DNA from: Granulosicoccaceae bacterium
GTDB taxonomy: Bacteria > Pseudomonadota > Gammaproteobacteria > CALCKW01
NCBI GenBank assembly: GCA_033852095.1
Contig: JAWSVD010000004.1
Span: 1 to 63,809 of the forward strand
Length of the DNA stretch: 63,809 nucleotides
Reading direction: 5' to 3'
Positions within the stretch are counted from its first letter, which is position 1; each line of letters begins with the position of its first letter. Below the pieces are notes generated by a model. That model was not told the DNA's origin and searched no databases. It was given only the letters and a program-made list of their open reading frames with translations. Below, piece by piece: positions 19,300 through 30,200 of the stretch. The translations under genes and the position numbers were made by a program.

Positions 19300-20037
19300 A
19301 TGAGCCATCCAGCGCTGTCGCTGCACCGGCCCTCGGCGGGCTGCCAGCGGCGGCTGTTTTGTTTTCCTCACGCCGGCGGTGGCGCCTCTGCTTTTCGTGG
19401 TTTGAAAGCGGCGCTGCAGCCCGAAGGCATCGAGCTGTGCGCCCTGCAGGCACCCGGCAGAGAGAACCGCATCAGCCACCCGCTGATGCACAGCGCGGCT
19501 GAGATGGTGGATCACTTCGAACAGGCCATCGACACCTTAGACCCGATGCCGTTTTCATTCTTGGGTCACAGCATGGGTTCGCTCATCGCGTTCTTATTGT
19601 CGCGGCAATTGCAGCGCAAGGGAAAGGCGCAGCCAACTCGGTTGATCGTCTCGGCCAGTCTCTCGCCCTCTACCCGGCAGGAAACACGCGACACCTACCA
19701 ACTCGCGGACGATGCCTTCAAGAAAAAGGTCTTTGCACACGGTGGTGTGCCCGAGCAGTTTCGACAAATGCCGGAACTCATGGACATATTTTTGCCCGTG
19801 CTGCGGGCCGACTACGAAGTGTTTGACCGCTACCAGCACGAGGACGCCACACGGGTGACGATTCCTCTGTCTGTCTACGCCGGCCTCACCGACGAGGCGG
19901 TGCCACTCGATGAGCTCAATCACTGGCAGGACGTGGCCGAGGCGCCTGTCAGCACACGGTGTTTTTCAGGTGGGCATTTTTATCTCTATCAGCAGTTGGA
20001 CGAAGTGAAAGCTGCACTGATACAGGATCTTTCTTAG
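19300..20037 (+). CDS. Type II thioesterase
   Basis: LFCFPHAGGGAS, PGRENR, GHSMG nucleophile elbow, LRADY, GGHFY. Starts immediately after the MFS stop. Confidence 0.95.
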   Translation: MSHPALSLHRPSAGCQRRLFCFPHAGGGASAFRGLKAALQPEGIELCALQAPGRENRISHPLMHSAAEMVDHFEQAIDTLDPMPFSFLGHSMGSLIAFLLSRQLQRKGKAQPTRLIVSASLSPSTRQETRDTYQLADDAFKKKVFAHGGVPEQFRQMPELMDIFLPVLRADYEVFDRYQHEDATRVTIPLSVYAGLTDEAVPLDELNHWQDVAEAPVSTRCFSGGHFYLYQQLDEVKAALIQDLS

Positions 20038-20246
20038 ACCGTCTGTGCGGCTGAGCGAGGTCCCGCTGAATTGTAGATGGCGCGCAGCTGACGTTTCCTC
20101 ATCGCACAGATTTGCTTGATTAAGCCGCCTTAGCTGTCTCAATCGGGGCAACACCCAGCCTACCAATTGACCGCTGTCATGCCAAAATCATTCTTCGCAG
20201 AATTGCCAGCAGACGGATAAATCGAGCGCGCACTTTGCTCAGTACA

Positions 20247-21152
20247 TCATTGGCTGCTTTGGATTGAGTCCCAAAACTGTTGCAGCTTGGGTTTTTTATT
20301 CTGAGGGTTGCGGTAGACCCGTATCTCTAGTTCGATAGACTCGTCTTCGCTGGCCAGCGCCAGCAGCCCCGCCACGAGTTCGCGCTGCACCAATTGCTCG
20401 GGCAGCCAACCAATGCCATAGCCTTCCATCACCAGCGCCTTGACGCTGACGGACTGCCTGTTGCGGTTCATCGTCAACAAGTGCAGTGGCGGCTGTCTGT
20501 CACTCAGGTGCATTTGCAACACCCCGTGGAAATACGATTTTTCTTGGTAATCGATGTAGGGCAGCGGTTTTTTGGCTCGGCCCGGGAATTGGAATTTTGG
20601 CTTGCCGTCGATCGCGAGGCTCAGGGGCAGCAGTCTATCCCGCGCCAAGGTCCTGTACTCCAGCGCGCTGTCGTACAGTGACTCTGTGTTGTGCATGCTG
20701 GGGTGCCAGTGGCAGAGTGCCAGATCTGTTCGCTGCTCCACCAGTGCCGCAGAGAAATCGCTGCTGCTCCACGAGGCTGAATTGAGATTGAAATTCAGCA
20801 GCGACTCAGCTTCGCAGGCCTCCGCCCACTGCTGAAAAAAGCACAAATAGAGAGTCTGTGTCGCCGCCACCAGCAATTTGTTGTGCTGTTGCTGCGAGAT
20901 TTGAGCGATTTGTTCCTGGGTCTGCTTGAACTGATGGTAGGTTTCTTCGGCGAAAGCCAAGAAGGCTTCGCCCGCGGGCGTCAGTGACAGAGGCAGGGTA
21001 TTGCGGTCCACCAGCACCATGCCCATTTCATCTTCAAGCAGCTTGATGCGCCGACTGAAAGTGGGTTGGGTGACATTTTGTGCTTCGGCCGCCCGCGAGA
21101 AATGCCGGGTTCGCGCCAGTGCGATGTAGTCTTCCAGCCACCTCAGCTCCAT
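20247..21152 (-). CDS. LysR-family transcriptional regulator (HypT/YjiE-like)
   Basis: N-terminal MELRWLEDYIALARTRHFSRAAEAQNVTQPTFSRRIKLLE HTH; C-terminal GIGWLPE. Confidence 0.93.
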   Translation of the reverse strand: MELRWLEDYIALARTRHFSRAAEAQNVTQPTFSRRIKLLEDEMGMVLVDRNTLPLSLTPAGEAFLAFAEETYHQFKQTQEQIAQISQQQHNKLLVAATQTLYLCFFQQWAEACEAESLLNFNLNSASWSSSDFSAALVEQRTDLALCHWHPSMHNTESLYDSALEYRTLARDRLLPLSLAIDGKPKFQFPGRAKKPLPYIDYQEKSYFHGVLQMHLSDRQPPLHLLTMNRNRQSVSVKALVMEGYGIGWLPEQLVQRELVAGLLALASEDESIELEIRVYRNPQNKKPKLQQFWDSIQSSQ

Positions 21153-21271
21153 GATTGAGCCTGTCCTGAAGCACGGGCCGAAGTGTGGCCGCCCTTAGCC
21201 TGTGCCAATCGCAGAATCGCCACTGTAGACAACTGCGGGTACAGCGGCAGCGCTGTCACTGGCGCAATCAC

Positions 21272-22291
21272 CTAGAGCCGCCCCTCTTCGAGCGCATGAC
21301 AGGCGACGCTTGCTCCGTCGCTTTGCTGAATCAGGGCCGGGACCTGCTCGCTGCAGCGCGCGTTTGCATGCGGGCAGCGGCCGTGAAAAACACAGCCAGT
21401 GGGCAGGTTGATCGGCGTGGTGACTTCCCCCTGAAGTTTAATCGGCGGCGGGCGCTCTGAGCGCAGGCTGGGAATAGCACTCAGCAGCGCCCGTGTGTAG
21501 GGGTGACGCGGGCTTGCAAATAGAGTAGCGGTGTCGGCCAACTCACAAATTGTGCCCAAATACATCACTGCCACACGCGTGCCAAAATGCTCCACCACAG
21601 AGAGATCATGGGTGATGAAAAGGTAGGTGAGCCCGCGTTGTTCCTGCGCGTCCATCAGCAGGTTAAGCACCTGCGCCTGGATGGAGACATCGAGCGCGGA
21701 GATCGGTTCATCCGCGACGATGAACTCTGGATCCACCGCCAGTGCACGGGCAATGCTGATGCGTTGACGCTGGCCACCAGAAAATTCATGGGGGTGTCTT
21801 TTGGCCCAGCTCGCATCTATGCCGACCGACTCCATGACATCTTGAACTTTTTCTTTCACCTCCGCACTCGACAGTCCGGGGTTGTGAAAAGCCACGGGCT
21901 CCTCCAGCGTCTGCTGCACCCGCATGCGCGGATTTAACGAGGCGTGCGGATTCTGGAAAATCATCTGCATGCGCTTGCGCCAGGGCAGCAGCTGTTTCGC
22001 GGACAAGTTGTCGATGCGCTGGCCCTGAAAACTGACACTGCCTACAGTGGGCTTGAGCAAGCCCATGATGGTGCGCGCGACGGTGGATTTGCCGCAGCCG
22101 CTCTCACCCACGACACAGAGTGCTTCGCCGCGCTGCACGTCCAAGCTGACGCCGTTGATCGCGTGCACAAATTCCTGCTTGCGCCTGATTCTTCCGCCTT
22201 CGAAGCTCAGCTGCTCGAGGAAATCACCGGATATCGAGAATTTTTTCCGCAGCCCGCGCACTTGCAATAGTGTTTCAGCCGAATCAGTCAT
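21272..22291 (-). CDS. dppF: Peptide/nickel ABC transporter ATP-binding subunit (DppF/OppF-like)
   Basis: GESGCGKS, FSGGQRQR, VADEPISALDVSIQAQ, HPYT, GCVFHGRCP, VACH. Confidence 0.92.
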   Translation of the reverse strand: MTDSAETLLQVRGLRKKFSISGDFLEQLSFEGGRIRRKQEFVHAINGVSLDVQRGEALCVVGESGCGKSTVARTIMGLLKPTVGSVSFQGQRIDNLSAKQLLPWRKRMQMIFQNPHASLNPRMRVQQTLEEPVAFHNPGLSSAEVKEKVQDVMESVGIDASWAKRHPHEFSGGQRQRISIARALAVDPEFIVADEPISALDVSIQAQVLNLLMDAQEQRGLTYLFITHDLSVVEHFGTRVAVMYLGTICELADTATLFASPRHPYTRALLSAIPSLRSERPPPIKLQGEVTTPINLPTGCVFHGRCPHANARCSEQVPALIQQSDGASVACHALEEGRL

Positions 22292-23279
22292 TGGCTTGCT
22301 CCAGCTGTTCTTGCTCCAGCTGCTGTTTCACCATGTGGCAGGCCACCGAGCAGCCACCGGACTGTACAAAGGGCGGCAATTCAAGGGAACAGGGGGCGAG
22401 CGTGTAGTCGCAGCGCGGGTTGAATGCGCAGCCGCTGGGGATGGCGCTCAGTGTGGGCATAGTGCCGCGGATCTGGTTCAAGCGTTGTCCTGGTAGCGTC
22501 TGTTGTGGCAGGGCATTGATCAGCCCCTGGGTGTAGGGGTGCTGGGCATCGTTGATGATTTCGCGGGTCGGTCCCTGCTCGATCACCCGCCCAGCGTACA
22601 TCACCACGGTGCGTTGCGTGACCTGCGACACCACCCCCAGATCGTGGGTGATCAGCAGCAGGCCGACACTGTTGAATTCACACAGGGAGACCAGCAGCGC
22701 CATGATTTCCGCCTGGATCGTCACGTCCAGTGCCGTGGTCGGCTCATCCGCGACAATGATGTCCGGGTCGAGCAGCAGTGCTATGGCGATGATGACGCGC
22801 TGGCGCATGCCGCCCGAGAGCTCGTGCGGGTAGGCGTTCAGCCGTTTTTCCGGCGAAGGAATCTGTACCTGTTGCAGTTTCAGCAGGGCGATTTCGCGTG
22901 CATTGGCGCGGCTGATTTTTCGGTGCGCCCGCAGGCACTCGATCATCTGATTGCCAATGGTCAGCACCGGATTCAATGTCATCATCGGGTCTTGAAAAAT
23001 CATGCTGATCTTATTGCCACGGATCTGGCGCAATTCTTCGGCGCTGATTTTACTGAGGTCTTGGCCGTCGAACAGCACTTCCCCCGCCGTGATGGCGCCT
23101 GGCTGGCTGATCAAATTCAGTATGGCGAAGGCGGCGACAGATTTTCCTGCGCCGCTCTCGCCGACGATGCCGAGGCGTTCGCCCCGGTCCAGCTTGAAGC
23201 TCACGTCGTGCAGGGCGGTCAGCGCACCTTCGCGCAGCGCAAATTGAACTTCTAAGTTGCGTACTTCTAACAAAGCCAT
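22284..23279 (-). CDS. dppD: Peptide/nickel ABC transporter ATP-binding subunit (DppD/OppD-like)
   Basis: GESGAGKS, LSGGMRQR, ADEPTTALDVTIQA, GCAFNPRC. Confidence 0.92.
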   Translation of the reverse strand: MALLEVRNLEVQFALREGALTALHDVSFKLDRGERLGIVGESGAGKSVAAFAILNLISQPGAITAGEVLFDGQDLSKISAEELRQIRGNKISMIFQDPMMTLNPVLTIGNQMIECLRAHRKISRANAREIALLKLQQVQIPSPEKRLNAYPHELSGGMRQRVIIAIALLLDPDIIVADEPTTALDVTIQAEIMALLVSLCEFNSVGLLLITHDLGVVSQVTQRTVVMYAGRVIEQGPTREIINDAQHPYTQGLINALPQQTLPGQRLNQIRGTMPTLSAIPSGCAFNPRCDYTLAPCSLELPPFVQSGGCSVACHMVKQQLEQEQLEQAND

Positions 23280-23282
23280 GGT

Positions 23283-24233
23283 TTAGCCCTTGTACAACTT
23301 GGGGTTGAGTACATCGCGCAGCCAATCGCCGAGCAGGTTCATCACCAGCACCAGGCAGATCAGCACCAGCGCGGGTATGGTGGTGATCCACCAGCTTCCG
23401 CTGAAAATATACTCGAAGCCGCTGGATATCAAGGAGCCCAGCGACGGCCTGGCGACCGGCATGCCCAGGCCCAGGAACGACAGCGAGGCCTCGCTGATAA
23501 TCGCATTGGCTATCTGCACCGTCGAGATCACCAGGATCGGTGAGAGGGAATTGGGCAGTATGTGCCGGATCATGATGCGCAGTGGCCCGAAGCCCATCAC
23601 CCTTGCTGCGTCTACATATTCCTTGTGTTTCTCGGCCAGCACCTTGGCCCGCACCGTGCGGGCGTACTGCGGCCACTCGGCCATGCCAATCACCAAGATC
23701 AGCATGGGCAGCGCAAGCTCGCTGTAGCGCTCGGCGCCGAATGACGCCTGGAACACGGCCAGTACCACGATCGCGACCATCAAAGTCGAGAAGGACAGTT
23801 GAATGTCCGCGATGCGCATCAGCAGACTGTCAACCGCGCCGCCAAAATACCCGGCGGCAAGGCCTATGACTATGCCAAGAAATGCCTGCAAAAGCACGGC
23901 GCAGAGCCCGATCATCAGGGAAATGCGGGTGCCGTAGAGGATAGTACTCCACATGTCGCGGCCCTGGGCATCGGTGCCAAGGCTGAAGCGCGACTCGCCG
24001 CCGTCCTGCCAGGCGGGCGGTATCTCCGAATCCATGATGTCCAAGGTGGCGAGATCATAAGGGTCGTAAGGAGCGATCACCGGCGCCAGCAGCGCCAGAA
24101 CCACGAACAGCGCAAACACAGCAAAGCTGACCATGGCGACTTTGCTGCCGACGAAGCTGTGGTAGATAGGGGAGCGTCTGAATTCCTGCAGCCGACTGGG
24201 CTGGTCCGAGGCAGTGATTGAGATGTCTTCCAT
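23283..24233 (-). CDS. dppC: Peptide ABC transporter permease (DppC-like)
   Basis: LGTDAQGRD, EYVDAARVMG (EAA motif), RHILPN, EASLSFLGLG. Confidence 0.92.
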   Translation of the reverse strand: MEDISITASDQPSRLQEFRRSPIYHSFVGSKVAMVSFAVFALFVVLALLAPVIAPYDPYDLATLDIMDSEIPPAWQDGGESRFSLGTDAQGRDMWSTILYGTRISLMIGLCAVLLQAFLGIVIGLAAGYFGGAVDSLLMRIADIQLSFSTLMVAIVVLAVFQASFGAERYSELALPMLILVIGMAEWPQYARTVRAKVLAEKHKEYVDAARVMGFGPLRIMIRHILPNSLSPILVISTVQIANAIISEASLSFLGLGMPVARPSLGSLISSGFEYIFSGSWWITTIPALVLICLVLVMNLLGDWLRDVLNPKLYKG

Positions 24234-25210
24234 CAGGCTTTCCCCGCCAGTTTCACGGTGGGATTGACCAGCCCGTAGAGCAGGTCAACCAGGGTGTTGG
24301 TGACCACGAAGATAGCCCCCACGACAATTAAAAAGGCAACCAGCAGCGGCGTGTCAACGCGGTTGACTGCCTCTAAGAACATAAAGCCCATGCCCGGCCA
24401 CTGAAACACTGTCTCGGTGAGGATGGTGTAGGCGACCATGGTGCCTATCTGCACACCGCCCACCGTTATCACCGGCAGCATGGTGTTTTTCAGTGCGTGT
24501 AGAAACCAAATCCTGCGGCGCTTCAGGCCCTTGGCCCAGGCGAACTTGATGTATTCGCTCTGCAGTATTTCCATCATCTCTGAACGTATCAAGCGGATGA
24601 AGAGCGGCAACATAATGGACGCGAGAGAAACGCAGGGCAGCACCAAATGACGTAGGCCGTCCGCCGATGCGTAACCTGTGTGCCAAGAGCCGAAGACGTG
24701 TTGTGTCTCGCCGCGGCCAAAGGAGGGCAGCCAGCCGAGTTCGATGGAAAACAGGTAGATCGAAAAAATAGCGGTCAGGAACACAGGAATGGATATGCCC
24801 ACGATGCTCAGGCCCATGATAGCGTTGCTGATCCAGCTGCGAGGGTTGATGGCCGAATAGACCCCCATCGGGATAGAGATGCACATGATGATGATCGTGG
24901 CGCCGAAGACGAGCTCCAGTGTCGCCGGGAGTTTTCTGAGAATAACGTCCAGGGCGGGCTCCTTGAAAAAATACGAGGTGCCCAGATCACCCTGAAGTGC
25001 CTTGCCTGCAAAACGCAGGTATTGCTCTAAAAAGGGATCGTTCAGCCCCAATTCATCCCGCAGCGCTTCGCGCTCAGCCTCAGAGACGGACTGACCCACC
25101 ATTTCCCGCAGTGGATCGCCGAGCTGGTCTTGGATTGAAAAACTCAGGAGGCTGATGAAAAACATCACGATTACCGCTTGAACGGTGCGCTTAATCAGAA
25201 AAGCGATCAT
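24233..25210 (-). CDS. dppB: Peptide ABC transporter permease (DppB-like)
   Basis: GDLGTS, LPATLEL, HLVLP, AKGL, HALKN, ETVFQWPGMG. Confidence 0.92.
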   Translation of the reverse strand: MIAFLIKRTVQAVIVMFFISLLSFSIQDQLGDPLREMVGQSVSEAEREALRDELGLNDPFLEQYLRFAGKALQGDLGTSYFFKEPALDVILRKLPATLELVFGATIIIMCISIPMGVYSAINPRSWISNAIMGLSIVGISIPVFLTAIFSIYLFSIELGWLPSFGRGETQHVFGSWHTGYASADGLRHLVLPCVSLASIMLPLFIRLIRSEMMEILQSEYIKFAWAKGLKRRRIWFLHALKNTMLPVITVGGVQIGTMVAYTILTETVFQWPGMGFMFLEAVNRVDTPLLVAFLIVVGAIFVVTNTLVDLLYGLVNPTVKLAGKA

Positions 25211-25391
25211 GGGCTGCCTATTTGATGAGGTGAAAAAAGGCTGTCCAAATCAGAACAGCAGAAACGCTGAGACACAGGGGCTCAAATAGCCAAACAGCAA
25301 AAGAGGTGTGTTGCGGTGTTTTCAGTGAGCACAGAGTGCAGCAATTTGTGCTCATGCATCACGTTGAGGAAGAGGAATGACCTTGGCGCTG

Positions 25392-25428
25392 AAAAACTGC
25401 GGCTGGATACATCGCTATCCAGCCGCAG
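25392..25428 (-). terminator. Stem-loop plus U-tract after the peptide-binding protein gene
   Basis: CTGCGGCTGGATA (25397-25409) pairs with TATCCAGCCGCAG (25416-25428); A5 at 25392-25396 is a U-tract on the minus strand. Confidence 0.75.
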
Positions 25429-25441
25429 CAACGGTGCTATT

Positions 25442-26992
25442 TTAGTCGACGACCAGATCACCCAGGTAAGGGAAGTTCATGGCATTCAACACAGGAGCGG
25501 CTTTGACATTTTTTGCCGCAGCCCAGGCGAGATTCTGCCAGTGCAGTGGCACAAATGCAGCGTCTTCGTAGAGCATGGTCTCTATTTTCTGCATGGTCTC
25601 AGCGCGTTTTTCGGGGTCCGTCTCGGTGTTCGCCGCGACCATCATCTTGTCGGCTTCTGGGTTGCAGTAGTTACCGCTGTTGTATTGTCCCAGTCCCTTG
25701 TCAGCGTCCACACAGGCGCTGAGGAATTCGAAGAAGTTATTGCTGTCTTCGGTATCAGAGTGCCAGCCGATCATCATCATGTCAGCTTGGCGCTCATCAA
25801 AGGCAGGCCAGTATTGAGCTTTTGGCATGGTTTTCAGATCGACTTTGATGTTGATCTTAGCCAGCATGGAGGCCACAGCTTGCGCTATCTTGGCGTCGTT
25901 CACGTAGCGGTTATTAGGCGCCATCATGGTGATGCTGAATCCGTCCGCGTAACCCGCTTCTGCCATTAGCGCTTTGGCTTTTTCCACATCGTATCGAGGC
26001 GCCAGCGCTTCGCTGTGACCGAGGTATCCAGCCGGGCTGAACTGACCGCCTGCGGTGGCAAAGCCTTTCATTATTTTCTGCACAATGCCTTCGTTGTTGA
26101 TGGCGTGCACAATCGCGTTGCGAACCCGGGCGTCCTTGAATTCTTCGCGGCGATCTTGGTTCATCTGAAAAGTGATGATGCGGGTGCCGGCCATGGTGAT
26201 CAGGTCGGTCTTATCGCTTTTTTCAATGCGGGCGTGGTCCGTGGGTGGCACCGGTGCGATGAAATCCACATCACCTGAGAGCAGTGCGGCTACCCGTGTT
26301 GGGCCTTCTTTGATCGGGGTGAAGGTGATCTTGTCGACATTGCCCGGCGATGCGCTGTCCCAGTAGTCGGCAAAACGTTCGAACTCAAGTTTCACCCCTT
26401 GTTCGCGGCTGGTGACGATGAAGGGACCGGTGCCTGAAAGCTGGCGTGAGGCAAAAGAGTCGCCGTGTTTGACCAGCGCGCCCTTGTCATTGCCGTTGCT
26501 GTCTTCGCCCGTATAGAACTTGCTGTCCATGGGGAAAATGTAGGTGGCGTTGTTCAACACCAGGGGAAAGGGGCCGTTGCTGACCAAATCCACCGTGTAG
26601 TCATCGACTTTGTTCATGCCGCTGAAGGCAGCAAATACGCCCTTAAAATCAGGGGAGTTTTTCAGCCGTTCGAAGGTCCAGACAACGTCGTCAGCGGTCA
26701 AGGTATTGCCGCTGTGAAACTTCACGCCCTGACGCAGGCTAAAGCGCATGGTGTTCTCGTCGATGCGCTCCCACTTTTCTGCCAGTCGCGGCTCAAAGGA
26801 CAGGTCGCTCGCCCATCGGATCAAGGGGTCGAAAGTCATGTGTGAGAGCTGCAGGGTGCCGCCCGAGAGCTGCTCGTGCGGGTCGAGTGAGACGGGGTCA
26901 GCGTCGTACGCGATTTTGATATCGGCCGCTTGTGCGCTGAACGACAGGCACAGGGCGATGGCGCTTGTAATAAGAGATTGCTTCAATTTCAT
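25442..26992 (-). CDS. dppA: Peptide ABC transporter periplasmic substrate-binding protein (SBP family 5)
   Basis: Signal peptide ending AQA-A; SLDPH, LAEKWE, LRQGVKFHSG, GTGPF, D.RVR.AI. Confidence 0.92.
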   Translation of the reverse strand: MKLKQSLITSAIALCLSFSAQAADIKIAYDADPVSLDPHEQLSGGTLQLSHMTFDPLIRWASDLSFEPRLAEKWERIDENTMRFSLRQGVKFHSGNTLTADDVVWTFERLKNSPDFKGVFAAFSGMNKVDDYTVDLVSNGPFPLVLNNATYIFPMDSKFYTGEDSNGNDKGALVKHGDSFASRQLSGTGPFIVTSREQGVKLEFERFADYWDSASPGNVDKITFTPIKEGPTRVAALLSGDVDFIAPVPPTDHARIEKSDKTDLITMAGTRIITFQMNQDRREEFKDARVRNAIVHAINNEGIVQKIMKGFATAGGQFSPAGYLGHSEALAPRYDVEKAKALMAEAGYADGFSITMMAPNNRYVNDAKIAQAVASMLAKINIKVDLKTMPKAQYWPAFDERQADMMMIGWHSDTEDSNNFFEFLSACVDADKGLGQYNSGNYCNPEADKMMVAANTETDPEKRAETMQKIETMLYEDAAFVPLHWQNLAWAAAKNVKAAPVLNAMNFPYLGDLVVD

Positions 26993-27247
26993 ATCGAATG
27001 ATCCACTCAGGTTTTGCGGACGGGCCGCTCTTGGGAATTACCCACGTGCGAAGAAGGCTAAGTCAGGAGGAAAGCGATGGCCAAGTGAAATTGTGCAATG
27101 GCTTATACGGGGATTGCATGGGCGGGTGTGGAAAAGGCATTAAAACGCATGTTTCAGGGCTTAAAGTGAAGGGCAGTACCACCTGAGTATGGAGAGGCTG
27201 CAGCCAAAATACTCGAAATTAGTGGGCTGATGCGTTGCGAGCGCCGC

Positions 27248-27278
27248 AAAAAAATGCGCCTGAAGAGCTCAGGCGCAT
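27248..27278 (-). terminator. Rho-independent terminator of the MFP-RND operon
   Basis: ATGCGCCTGA / TCAGGCGCAT stem with an A7 tract on its left, just past the RND stop. Confidence 0.85.
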
Positions 27279-27291
27279 GATCAGACGTTGC

Positions 27292-30200
27292 TTATTTTGC
27301 GGTCACTGCTGCGGCAGGCACACGTATAGGCGCTTTTGCGGCGAGATTATAGGCCGCTTTTTCTTCTTTGCTGGCTTTGAGCGCCAGCAGGCAGGGTGTC
27401 AGCACCAGCGTCAGAATCGTCGAGAAGGTCAAACCACCTGCGACAGCTGTGGCCAGCTGGCTCCACCACTGCGTCGAGGGCGCGCCAAAGCTGATCTCTT
27501 GGCCGAAGAGATCGATGTTCATCTTCAACACCATAGGCATCAAGCCCAGCACGGTGGTGATGGTGGTCAGTAACACCGGGCGAAGGCGCTGGGCACCCGT
27601 GCGCAAGACGGCCTCGTAGATCGCCATGCCCTCGTTGCGCATCACGTTAAAGGTGTCGATGAGCACGATGTTGTTGTTCACCACAATGCCCGCCAGTGAG
27701 ATGACCCCCACACCGGTCATGATGATGCCGAAGGCCTCGCCAGTGATCAGCAGTCCCATAAAGACACCGCCCAAGGAGAGAATAACCGCGGTGAGTACCA
27801 GCATGGCCTGGTAAAAACTGTTGAATTGCGTGACCAAGATGATCGCCATGATAAACAGCGCCACCAGCATGGCGTTGAGCAGAAATTCCATGGTCTCTTG
27901 CTGCTCTTCGTCTTGGCCTTCAAAAATAATGCTCACGCGCGGATCCAGGCCCATGTCCTCAGCCGCTTCGTGCAACTCTGCCAGACGGGTATTCGCCAAT
28001 TGCCCCAAGTTCACCACGTTTTCACCGTCACGCGCTGCGGGAGCGGCTTTCAGGCGGAACACCAGATTGCCGTCCAGGCGCTTCAGCACAGCCACCTTTT
28101 GACTGGGCTCTACGGTGGCAAAATTGCCGAGCGGCACGTAGCCGTTCTGAGCCGATATGCGCAGGTCTTCCAGTTGTGACAGCTGACGATGCTCGGGCGG
28201 GAATCGAACGCGAATATCGAGTTCCTCGTTGGAGTCGTCCGGTCTGTAAGTGGACAGTTTCACCCCGGCAGTGATCAGCTGAACAAAGGTGCCGATCAGG
28301 TTGATGTCGGCGCCGTATCGGCCGGCCTCTTCGCGGTTCACCTTGACGTTCCAATCCAAGCCGGGCAGTGGCAGGCTGGTCTCAATGTCGGTGTAGCCGC
28401 CGTTTTCAATCATCCACTGCTGCGCGCGCGCCACCATGTCCATGGTGAGTGCGGGGTCGGGTGAACTGAACGCGAGCTGAATCGGTTTTTCGTCACCGCC
28501 AGGCCCTGAGCCCTGTTTTTGCAGCTCAACGTGCAGCCCGGGAATGGTGTCTTGCAAACCGCGCAGCTCTTCTAGGACCTCATCCACGCGTCGCTCGCGC
28601 TTGTCCCAGTCTTCAAATTCGAGGATAGCCTGAGCGATGATGTCATTGTCGTCCAGCAGGGTTCGGGTGTAGGCGGTGCGAATCTCGGGCACAGCCAGTA
28701 GCTGTTGTTCCACCCGGCGCAATATCACGTCTCGCTCACGCACGGCCAAATCGCCACGCGCCTTGATGCTCATCACCGCCTGAGTGGGTTCCACGTCGGG
28801 GAAAAACTCCGTGCCCTTGCCAAACTTGCTGTACCCCACGCCGATGGCGAACAACAGCGCCACGACCAGTAACAACATGGACAGGGGAAAGCGAATAGCC
28901 CAGGCCAAAAAGCTCACGTAGTGGCCGGTGAAGCCCGTAATTTTCTTTAAATTTCCGCGTTCGGCATTGGCCATGTTGGCCAGCGCGTCGGAGTTGATCA
29001 GGCGTGTTTTGCCGATCAAGCCACCGAGCGTGGGCACAAATATCAGCGCCATCAGCAGCGACGCGGAGAGCGTGGCAATCAGCGTGATGGGCAGGAATTT
29101 CATGAACTCGCCCATCACACCGGGCCAGAACAGCAGCGGCATAAAGGCCGCTAAGGTCGTGGCGGTCGAGGCAATGATTGGCCACGCCATGCGCTGCGCT
29201 GCCTGTTTGTAGGCCATGGCGCGCGGCACACGGGCCAGCATGCGCCTGTCGGCAAACTCGGTGACAACAATCGCGCCGTCCACCAACATGCCGACTGCCA
29301 TGATCAGGGAGAAGAGCACCACGATGTTGACCGTCAAACCGAGCATGTCGAGCACCAGCATGCCGATCACAAAGGAGCCGGGGATGGCAACCGCAACCAA
29401 ACCGGCGCTGCGAACACCCAGTGCAGCTATTACCACCACAACCACCAGAAGCACAGCGCTCAAGACGTTGTTTTGCAAATCTTTGAGCATGTTGCGAATG
29501 TCGGTGGACTTGTCACCGAAATACGAGACTTCCAGGGCTTGTGGCCAAGACTTCTGCAGCTCTGCAATGCGTACTTTTATCTCGTCAATGGCAGCAATGA
29601 CATTGGAGCCGCTGCGTTTTGTTATCTCCAGCGTGACCGAGGGTTGGCCGCCCACACGGGCAAAACTCTCAGGGTCTTTGAAGACGCGCCTGACCTCGGC
29701 CACATCCTTCATGCGAACCACGCGGCCACCGACTGATTTCAACGGCAGGTCGAACAACTCTTGGGCGCTTTCAATCACGCCTGGCACCTTAATGGACAGT
29801 CGACCGACACCGGAATCCAGCACGCCGGCTGCCACCAATTCGTTGTTGCGCGCCACGGCGTTCATCAGGTCGAGCTGGGAGATGGCGTAGCTCTCCAGCA
29901 CCAGGGGGTCGACAATGATCTCCACCATCTCTTCCCGCTTGCCGGTGATCTCTGCCTCCAGCACGCCGGGGATAGCCTCCAGCACGTCCTGCAATTGATC
30001 GGCGATGGCGTAGAGCGCGCGCTCTGGCACCGGGCCGCCCAGGCCAATCACCAGCTGGGGAAACTGCGAGGTGTTGATCTCATGCACAGTGGGGTCTTCG
30101 GCCGCGTCGGGCAAGTCGCCCTTGGCCTTATCAACCGCCTCTCGCACATCGTCGAGGGCGCCGTCGGCGTCAAAGCCGGCGTCGAATTCCAGGGTGACGT

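Noticed and set aside
17956-19515. 519-aa minus-strand ORF
   Set aside because: Antisense shadow of the MFS and TEII genes; no recognisable motifs.
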